Shown here one piece after another: positions 1 to 7,036 of a stretch of 32,000 nt of DNA (position 1 is its first letter; each line of letters begins with the position of its first letter). The notes beneath the pieces are model-generated. The model saw nothing but the letters and a program-made list of their open reading frames with translations, was not told the DNA's origin and did no database searches. The translations under genes and the position numbers were made by a program. The DNA comes from Candidatus Jordarchaeales archaeon (GTDB lineage: Archaea > Asgardarchaeota > Jordiarchaeia > Jordiarchaeales > Freyrarchaeaceae), in contig JAWAHN010000001.1 of the NCBI GenBank assembly GCA_038889235.1, positions 270,001 through 302,000 on the forward strand. Reading direction: 5' to 3'.

Positions 1-228
1 GCTGTTCTGGGAGACACTTTCAAGGACGAGTCAGAGTATGCCGAGTTTGTGCTGCTTGCAGGCATAGAGAAGATGTTGGTTGACCCCCTTCCCGACGATG
101 AACTGTTAAGGAAAACTATCGTTGCAATGTTCAGGGAAAACCCGGAGTTCATTGCTGAGTTTATAGCAAGAACTATAAAGAGTGGGAGCGCTGCGAGGGA
201 GGAGAAAAGGGAAAGTTACACTACGTGA
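1..228 (+). CDS. Partial CDS (5' end outside window), hypothetical protein C-terminus
   Basis: Frame 1 is open from base 1 to TGA at 226-228: AVLGDTFKDESEYAEFVLLAGIEKMLVDPLPDDELLRKTIVAMFRENPEFIAEFIARTIKSG...ESYTT*. Composition is protein-like and amphipathic-helical. Not in the ORF track because it has no start. Confidence 0.75.
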   Translation, partial: AVLGDTFKDESEYAEFVLLAGIEKMLVDPLPDDELLRKTIVAMFRENPEFIAEFIARTIKSGSAAREEKRESYTT

Positions 229-231
229 CCT

Positions 232-395
232 AAGCCTTGAATAGTAGCTTTCGTCGCTACACGGCTTCCCCGACGGTTACGAGGGGGTCTTGAACAGGGG
301 TTGCACTGCTTCGCGTGCGCGCTCGGCCATGTTGTTTCTGATCAGGCAGCTGACCGACGCACCGATAGGTGGCTTTTCACGGGTTGGTGTGGGCG
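232..395. ncRNA. Candidate structured non-coding RNA between convergent genes (identity unresolved)
   Basis: About 60% GC over 241-360 (72/120 by hand count). Stems: AAGCC 232-236/GGCTT 263-267 enclosing GTAGC 244-248/GCTAC 256-260; CCCC 268-271/GGGG 283-286; GCAC/GTGC around 303-318; GATCAG/CTGACC around 340-355 (a G-U pair on the minus strand, an A-C mismatch on the plus strand). Confidence 0.35.
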
Positions 396-405
396 AAGTT
401 TAGGT

Positions 406-1632
406 TCACTTGTTGGGTTCCGTCAGCTTCATTCTTTTTAGCTCCTCTACGGCTTTGTATATCTTGAAGTTGGCGTCCTTGGCCAGTCCTAGTGCCTGGT
501 TAATTGAGCGCGTTGCGTGATCTATTAGCTCGCGCTCATTTCTGCAAAAGTCCCTTATAAAGGGGGCATTGAAGAAGACTGAGAAAAACGAAACCTTTTC
601 CAGCATAAGTTTGAAATGCGGTAGTTCCCTTGCGGAGTCTTCAAGGTTTGCCCGCGCGATTATGAAGCCTACTCTGAGCTCTTCCAGGCTTATTTTTTCT
701 GGCATTTTCAGAGGCGGTTTCCCGCCTCGCGACAGCCCATATAGAGCTCGGTTTAGGAGTTTAGATGCCTCATCGTACCCGTACAGTGCTCTTAGCATGT
801 GGAAAAGCGTGTTCACCCAGTAGTTGTAAACCGTGGAGCAGGCTTTAAGCCCCCTTAGGACGACGGGGGCTGCTGCTTTCGCGGACTGCACCAATTCGGA
901 GAGGTTCTCGAGTGGGTGGGATGCAGGGTCGAAGCCAGCGGCGAAAGTTGACGCTATCCTTTTCAGCCCGTCTAAGAGAAGTTTTGGGCCAGACATCAAG
1001 TTCAAAACTTCTTTCACAAATGACTCCTCACAGTCAGCTTTAAGCGCCCTATTATACGCGTCTATCACAGCACTCCCTTCCCCAATCCACCTACTAATCT
1101 CCCCTTCAGCTAAACCCCTCAGCCTTTCAGCCGTATCCCTGTCGAGTGGAGTCACCATGTTCGAAAGCCTAAGCATGCGCCCCCAAACCACGTGCACTTG
1201 TTCGTCAAACTTGGGAAATCCTTCTTCGAAAAGCTTTTTTAGAAAAAGCTTGGCAGAGTTGAAAGTGACGGCTAGGTGGGGGGAACAACTACCTAGTGAC
1301 GGTGAGAAGTTCAGGATAGACAGTAGCTGCGATATGAAGACACGCGTCTCGTAAACAACTTGAAGATAGTCCCTTACGAAGAGAAAAGCCTCATAAACTG
1401 CGTTGTGCCAGAGTTCTAGGCAAGCAGTAAATTCGTTAAAACTCGCGCACCTATACTTCGAGGAGACGGCTTCTATAAAATCAACTACCACTGCGAAAAA
1501 ATCCCTCACAATGCCTCTCAAATGCTCTAAGAGCTCAACGAGTCCCCCACTGGACAGGAGATGGCCCCCCAAAAATCCTTTACAGAAAATAACATGGAAG
1601 CAGATATAAATTGTGGGGATTAAGTAGCGCAT
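406..1632 (-). CDS. Hypothetical, probably all-alpha-helical protein; true start probably downstream of 1632 (e.g. TTG at 1572)
   Basis: 408-aa ORF with helical amphipathic character and no recognisable motif. A TATA-like TTTATAT on the minus strand at 1604-1610 lies inside the annotated 5' end, suggesting a later start. Confidence 0.7.
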   Translation of the reverse strand: MRYLIPTIYICFHVIFCKGFLGGHLLSSGGLVELLEHLRGIVRDFFAVVVDFIEAVSSKYRCASFNEFTACLELWHNAVYEAFLFVRDYLQVVYETRVFISQLLSILNFSPSLGSCSPHLAVTFNSAKLFLKKLFEEGFPKFDEQVHVVWGRMLRLSNMVTPLDRDTAERLRGLAEGEISRWIGEGSAVIDAYNRALKADCEESFVKEVLNLMSGPKLLLDGLKRIASTFAAGFDPASHPLENLSELVQSAKAAAPVVLRGLKACSTVYNYWVNTLFHMLRALYGYDEASKLLNRALYGLSRGGKPPLKMPEKISLEELRVGFIIARANLEDSARELPHFKLMLEKVSFFSVFFNAPFIRDFCRNERELIDHATRSINQALGLAKDANFKIYKAVEELKRMKLTEPNK

Positions 1633-1650
1633 GAAAAAGGAAAAACGCGG

Positions 1651-4600
1651 TTAAGGTTCAGAGTTGGATGGTTGCTGCTGTTCTTCTCCTTCTTCCTCTC
1701 TTTCTTCCTTTTCCTTTCTTTCCTCTTCTTTTCTCGTTTCTTCTTTTTCGAGCTCGCTTAGTATTATGGTGCTTATGTCTGGTGGCACGCCTACGGAGGC
1801 GAGCAAGCGCTCCCTTTCTGCCGGCGGGTTAGCCTTCAGCTCCTTTAGGAGGGTGACCGCGACGTCCTCGCTCAGCCCTATCTCCGTTAGTAGTGGAAGA
1901 AGCTTGTCAAAAACTTCGGCTGGCACGTAGGCTTCAATTCTTGGCTCGACACCTACTATGGCAAGCTCCTCCATGAGGAGAGACTTTATCAGATCTATTC
2001 TCGTCAGCGGCTTCTTAATCTCGACCGGCTTACCCTTCTCTATAGCCTCAATTAGACTGTCAATCTTCCTTATGATGGGCGGCATTCTTAACCGTCTCAC
2101 GTAAACATAGCTTGCAAGGCTCGCGGGAGGCGAAATCACAGCTAAACTTAAGACGGCAAGTATTGTGAGGGGCACCCTAATGTTTAACCCAGGTATGGTG
2201 ACGCCGCGCTCTTTAACCGTCAACACCTGGAACGACTGAGCAGACTCGTAGTTTTCAGCAGAAGCGCTAATCACAAACGGGAGAGTAGACGGAGGAATAC
2301 CCGTCGGCACCACTAGCATGTACCGTCCGTCTCCGATGTGTGTTAGTGGTAAGCCGTTGGCTGTGACTGTGGCTCCAGGAACAGGGTTACCATAAGCATC
2401 CCTGTACTCAAAAACAAGAACAACAAAGGGAACACCATTCTCAACCTCACCATAACCTCCAAGCAGGACAAGGTAGGGGGTGAAGCCGCCCAAGACTGTG
2501 AAGCTTGCCGGCGTCACTGCGGCGGCTATCCTCTTTATCTCGAAGTTAACCTGCCTCGGCTCAGCCGAGTAGTTACCTTTATACGCATAGATTAAGGCGG
2601 TGTATTTGCCTGGAAGCATGTCCTGTGTGTCGACGCTGAGCACGTAAGTTCCGTTGCCTAACGATGTGAACTCGGCTACTAGAACCACCGAGCCATCCTT
2701 GAGCACGGTGCAGTTGACCACGGCATCCTCAACTGGAACATTGTTGTGAGCATCCCAGAGTGTGACTGTCAAGTTGAGAATCTCCTTCCAACGCGTCTCG
2801 GAAACATAAACCGACTTGGCGGCCATGGGGATTGGCTTAACGAAAAGCCACAACTTGTCCTCCACTAAAGAGTAGTTGGTAAGGAAAACTCTGAACCTCA
2901 CACTATAAGAGACATTCGACGGTAGAAGGGATGCGTCGAAGGATTCCGTGTAGTTTCCGTTGCCGTTATCAACCAACGAGCCAAAGAAGTCAGTGCCCTC
3001 AATCACGTAACTGACCTGGGCACCAGCTAATGGAGCTCCGGTTAGGCCGTCCCTGCAGTAAACGTAGAACACAAACTCATCGCCAAAGAACACATCGTAT
3101 GAAGGAGTGAAACTTAAATTAACCAACCTTGGCGAAATACTAACTAGTCTATCTTTAATATATGTAGTGTAGTTTGTGCATTCCACTCTAAAAGTCACAG
3201 TGTAATAGCCTGGGGGAAGAAGGTCTTTCGGTATGAAGCCCGTGTAGTTTCCGTCTTCGTTATCGGTTAGCTGGAAGCACCCAAACCCTCCAATAGACCA
3301 CGTTACATTCGCACCAATCACAGGGAACCCATTAGTATCATCGTAAACTTTAACCACCAACGGAATATCAGTATGATTCCAGTAGTAGAGTCCCAACAGA
3401 ACAGGTATTTTAACATTCGACTCGTTCAACTCAACAGGTTCTATTATAACGGTTGTGTGGTTCGTAGCAGTTTCAAGCCCAACTCCTCCAGCCATGAATT
3501 CAACGGTATATGTTTTTCCGCCGAAGAGAAGCCCGGTGAGGTCAGCCACGTAACAGAGCTCAGACTGCGTCAGATTTGTCCAGTCTAAGACCGCTTGCCC
3601 CGATGAAGAATCGACAACCCTATACTTGAAGTAGTAAGACGCGTTTGCAGAGCGATCGACAAAGGTTCCATCGCTGCTGTTCGTCCAGTTAGCTACGAGC
3701 AGGAGAGTGGAAGGCGTCCAAGCGCGCGTAATCAATGTGCCGTTCATGATAGGTATCTTCGTTATTGTGACTGTAGTATAATCGGTACAAACTAAAACGA
3801 CAGTAAGATTTGATGAAACCTCAACGGGGAGGTAGTCTGAACCGTTAACTTTTCTAAGCTGGCCATCCTCGTACAAGGAAATGTTGTATGAGTTTGGTGG
3901 CAGGCGGAAGTGTATACATCCCGTGGCGTTTGTTCTCCCTGATGAAACAAGACCAGACTCGTTCGTTATTGTAACGTTAATGTAGGGGAAGATGTTGCCG
4001 GATGGGTATATTACATGGCATATTAGGTTAACCACGTTCAATGTGACATCTAATAATAGGTGCTCTGCTAAATTAATTTGAGTAGTGGTGTTCTCATATG
4101 TTTGGTATGTTATTCCTTCATGTGTTTCATTCCAGACGACCCGGACATTGTAGCTGCCACCATAAAGGTAGAAGGAAGCGTGTCCGGTTCCGTTCGCCGT
4201 CTTGCTGAGAAGCAGCTCGCCACTACTAGCATCTCTCACTTCGACAAGAGCACCGCCCAAATCGTAGCCGTCCTTGTCTAAAGCGTGGACGGTTAAGTTG
4301 AAGAAGCGCTCCTCAGCACAACCGACGGACACAGACCTACTCTTCACCGCCTCAGCGAACACTTCAAACGGATCGGATCCCTGAGTTCCATTCCAAACAT
4401 AGAAAGCATAACATTCACGTATAAAATCTCCGAAATTAACGCTTAATCTAGTGGCGATAGGAGACCTATACCAGCTTTCTGAACTACTACTGTAACTCAC
4501 AGTAAAACTCCAAGATGCTAATGAAGGACTTGTGACGTTAAATTGCGGAGGCTCGACGTCCACTATGCCAGCAGCAACACCAGAGCTTTTATCCAACGTG

Positions 4601-5607
4601 CAGAACCAGTCCGCCGAACCCAACTGATAAACGCCCCCAATGCTCATTTCTTGCTCAGCACGGTTGCCACTCGTTTTGTATATCAGATTAGGCATAATTC
4701 TAGGGTCAAAAGAGTAACCACAACACCGATACGAAGAGATAGTAGAGGACCTTTGGAATACGGTTGTTGTTTCGCAAATCCAGCCCCACTCGAAGAACCT
4801 ATAGGTTATGTTGGCGTAAGTGTTATTCAACGTGTTACCGTAGATATCTTTAAACAGGACACTAGATGTAACGGTGACGAAGAGTGGGCCTGAACTATAA
4901 TTCAAAGAAAAACTAGAGGGGGAGCCGTTAGTATAGTAGGTTCGGCCGCCGCTTCTAAATGTCGGGTTGTTGTGGAATGGTGTTTGGCTCCAGTTGCTTT
5001 CGGAGATTGTGTTGTAGCATTCGAATATTTTTCCGCCATAGGCGGTTCTGTTAATGTACGCCGCGTAGTACTTTCCTGTCACTGTTATTATTTGGCCTTG
5101 GATTGTGGCGTTTACTTGTGGGGTGAATGATGGAGCTTCCATGTTAGTGTCACTGAAATATATGTAGTACGTAGTTGTTCCATAAGCTGTCACGTTGGCG
5201 TGGAATGTTATTGTTGCTTTGAGGATGTGTCCGGTTTCGTTGGCGGTTTCGTTCCAGACTTGGTATGGTAATCCGGGTTGGGGTAGCCATGAAAAGCCGT
5301 TCCAGAACTGGACTCTTAAGCTGCTGTTGTGACAACTTACGCCGAGTGCTTGGAAGTCTATGTAAACATCCACCGGGATGGTTGCGTTTGCACTGGAACC
5401 AACACTCACATTGACAGGTATTCTATATTTGAAAGTGGTGTCCCACCATGGAGGTGCGTCCTGTGGTGGTATAGAGTAGGTTTTTGGTTGGTTTTGTGCG
5501 GCTGTTGCCGTTGGTGAGGTTATTGATTGGTTTGGTAGAAGTAGGAGTGTTGAGAGTACGAGCGTGAGAATTATCGTTGTGGCTGCAATTTTGGTTTTTT
5601 TATCCAA
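1651..5607 (-). CDS. Large membrane-anchored cell-surface glycoprotein: DUF2341-like N-terminal domain, Ig-like/carboxypeptidase-regulatory-like repeats, C-terminal TM and cytoplasmic helical domain
   Basis: TTG start. N-terminal hydrophobic segment (IAATTIILTLVLSTLLLL). PWWDTTFKYRIPVNV resembles DUF2341-type domain starts. About 45 N-x-S/T sequons by hand count, all before the C-terminal TM. Four GxxV...GNGxY repeats. TM near residues 1155-1180, followed by RRLRMPPIIRKIDSLIEAI and an E/K/R-rich tail. Confidence 0.85.
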   Translation of the reverse strand: MDKKTKIAATTIILTLVLSTLLLLPNQSITSPTATAAQNQPKTYSIPPQDAPPWWDTTFKYRIPVNVSVGSSANATIPVDVYIDFQALGVSCHNSSLRVQFWNGFSWLPQPGLPYQVWNETANETGHILKATITFHANVTAYGTTTYYIYFSDTNMEAPSFTPQVNATIQGQIITVTGKYYAAYINRTAYGGKIFECYNTISESNWSQTPFHNNPTFRSGGRTYYTNGSPSSFSLNYSSGPLFVTVTSSVLFKDIYGNTLNNTYANITYRFFEWGWICETTTVFQRSSTISSYRCCGYSFDPRIMPNLIYKTSGNRAEQEMSIGGVYQLGSADWFCTLDKSSGVAAGIVDVEPPQFNVTSPSLASWSFTVSYSSSSESWYRSPIATRLSVNFGDFIRECYAFYVWNGTQGSDPFEVFAEAVKSRSVSVGCAEERFFNLTVHALDKDGYDLGGALVEVRDASSGELLLSKTANGTGHASFYLYGGSYNVRVVWNETHEGITYQTYENTTTQINLAEHLLLDVTLNVVNLICHVIYPSGNIFPYINVTITNESGLVSSGRTNATGCIHFRLPPNSYNISLYEDGQLRKVNGSDYLPVEVSSNLTVVLVCTDYTTVTITKIPIMNGTLITRAWTPSTLLLVANWTNSSDGTFVDRSANASYYFKYRVVDSSSGQAVLDWTNLTQSELCYVADLTGLLFGGKTYTVEFMAGGVGLETATNHTTVIIEPVELNESNVKIPVLLGLYYWNHTDIPLVVKVYDDTNGFPVIGANVTWSIGGFGCFQLTDNEDGNYTGFIPKDLLPPGYYTVTFRVECTNYTTYIKDRLVSISPRLVNLSFTPSYDVFFGDEFVFYVYCRDGLTGAPLAGAQVSYVIEGTDFFGSLVDNGNGNYTESFDASLLPSNVSYSVRFRVFLTNYSLVEDKLWLFVKPIPMAAKSVYVSETRWKEILNLTVTLWDAHNNVPVEDAVVNCTVLKDGSVVLVAEFTSLGNGTYVLSVDTQDMLPGKYTALIYAYKGNYSAEPRQVNFEIKRIAAAVTPASFTVLGGFTPYLVLLGGYGEVENGVPFVVLVFEYRDAYGNPVPGATVTANGLPLTHIGDGRYMLVVPTGIPPSTLPFVISASAENYESAQSFQVLTVKERGVTIPGLNIRVPLTILAVLSLAVISPPASLASYVYVRRLRMPPIIRKIDSLIEAIEKGKPVEIKKPLTRIDLIKSLLMEELAIVGVEPRIEAYVPAEVFDKLLPLLTEIGLSEDVAVTLLKELKANPPAERERLLASVGVPPDISTIILSELEKEETRKEEERKEKEEREEEGEEQQQPSNSEP
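1680..1750. repeat. Low-complexity polypyrimidine (+)/polypurine (-) tract encoding an E/K/R tail
   Basis: The + strand here is almost entirely T/C (ttcttctccttcttcctctctttcttcc...). It encodes EKEETRKEEERKEKEEREEEGEE on the minus strand. Confidence 0.8.
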
Positions 5608-5710
5608 ATCTTCCCCCTCCTCCGATAGACCCTTCCCAGGAGGGAAGAAATCTTCAGAAAAGGGGGAGGGCTTTTTCTTGTTTAAAAAGTTTGTGGTAAA
5701 ATTTTTGATT

Positions 5711-6976
5711 TTATCGCGGTTTTTGTTTTGTTGGGATGTGTATGGGGGCGACTATTTTTGCTGTGACTGTTTGGAGTGGGTTTAGTGGGTTTTGCAGTTT
5801 TTTGCCTGTTATTTTTAGAAGGTGGGAGAGTGTTTTTGCGGGGTGGCCGCATTTTTCTACTAGGTGTACGTTTTCTTTGCCGTGTTTCTTCTTGAAGTAG
5901 GCTGCTGTTTCTTTTATGGCGCAGGGGCCGACTACGAGTACTGGTGGTTTTGTTTCGTCTACTTCTTTGATGTTTACCCCTTTTCCGTAGACTACTGTTA
6001 GGGGTGTTTTTATTTGTTGCTGGGTGTTTAGTGCTTCTAGTATTGTTAGTGTTGCGCCTTTGCATCCTTCGGGGCAAGCCATTTCTCTTCCTTCTATTAT
6101 CTTGACTTTTTCTGGCAGTTTTTGGTGGTCCTCGTGTTTTTTGAGCGTTGGGAATTCTCCTATCACTTTTATTTTTGACTGCTTGCCGTATCCTAGCCCC
6201 TGCTCGTCTGCGAGCTTTAAGTGTTTTACCTCGTCGAGTGTGTATCCTAGGATTCTGGCTCCTACGGCGTCGACTGCAACTGAGTCAACTCCTCCGATTA
6301 GCATATTTAGCTGTGGGGCGAAGTTGTTGATGGACTCTATTGGGGGGATTCCGCCGCGCACTACGGCTCTAAGTCCGTCGATGACCGTGAAGTCTGGTCT
6401 TACGAGGCGGTATATGTCGGTGATGAACTGGTGGAGTTGGTGGTTGAGCTTGTCCAGCCTGCTTTCGTAGCGGATGAGATTGAGTTGGCTTTTCAGTGAG
6501 AGGGAGACCGTGGTTGTGCGGCTTGCCTTAAGCCTTGGTAGCGAGAGGTAGAGGTTTTCCTCTCTTTCTCTTAGCAGGCTCTTGTACAGTATTCTTGGGA
6601 AGAGCACGTCGTAGCCCTCCTCCCCGATCTTTAGCCTGACGGAGATTTGCTCGTCGAGATAGAGGGGTTTGCCTCCGCTGCGTTTCACTACTTTGTCTAG
6701 TCCTGTCACTTTGAAGGCGTAGCGGGTAAGGAAACCGTGGGGGGCGCCATCCATCACGTAGACGCCGCCGACACCTGTCTCCCTTAGAAGCTCGACTACG
6801 GATGCTACGATTTCGGGCGATGTGGAGGCGTGTGGCTTGAGAGGGAAGGCGTCAACTTTAACGAAGACTTTGTCCTTCCCTTCGACTAAGTGGTCTAATC
6901 CTCCGAAGAAGTTGAAGATTCTCGTCAAGGATTCCTCAATGCTATTTGAAACATGTTCAACAACAACCAGTGACAA
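5711..6976 (-). CDS. DUF362-family protein with Cys-containing C-terminal extension (divergent motifs)
   Basis: DUF362 layout: DKVFVKVD (typical xxVLIKPN), LSLPRLKAS (typical INLPKLKTH), SLSLKS, PDFTVIDG, GVDSVAVDAVGARILGY. The C-terminus has CPEGC, GPC and KCGHP. Confidence 0.75.
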   Translation of the reverse strand: MSLVVVEHVSNSIEESLTRIFNFFGGLDHLVEGKDKVFVKVDAFPLKPHASTSPEIVASVVELLRETGVGGVYVMDGAPHGFLTRYAFKVTGLDKVVKRSGGKPLYLDEQISVRLKIGEEGYDVLFPRILYKSLLREREENLYLSLPRLKASRTTTVSLSLKSQLNLIRYESRLDKLNHQLHQFITDIYRLVRPDFTVIDGLRAVVRGGIPPIESINNFAPQLNMLIGGVDSVAVDAVGARILGYTLDEVKHLKLADEQGLGYGKQSKIKVIGEFPTLKKHEDHQKLPEKVKIIEGREMACPEGCKGATLTILEALNTQQQIKTPLTVVYGKGVNIKEVDETKPPVLVVGPCAIKETAAYFKKKHGKENVHLVEKCGHPAKTLSHLLKITGKKLQNPLNPLQTVTAKIVAPIHIPTKQKPR

Positions 6977-7036
6977 TCACTTAGACCCCCAAGTAAAAAT
7001 TGAGGGAGGAGAAGATAAAAAGGTTCCTTTACTTTT

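Noticed and set aside
232-270. Group II intron domain V resemblance (AGCCGUGU.GCG..GAAAG on the minus strand)
   Set aside because: The 3' arm does not complete the D5 helix, there is no D6 or AY end, and no reverse transcriptase gene is nearby.
229-400. RNase P RNA, TPP riboswitch or tRNA identity for the intergenic segment
   Set aside because: No GAGGAAAGUCC, no CUGAGA or GCGNAGG core, and the GUUCAA sequence is not flanked by a pairing T-stem.
265-405. Read-through (selenocysteine) extension of the 406-1632 ORF beyond its TGA
   Set aside because: The TGA is followed one codon later by an in-frame TAA (TGA ACC TAA).
5682-6077. 131-aa K/R/T/N-rich ORF
   Set aside because: Alternative frame inside the DUF362 gene; its low complexity and lack of stops follow from the local A+C skew.
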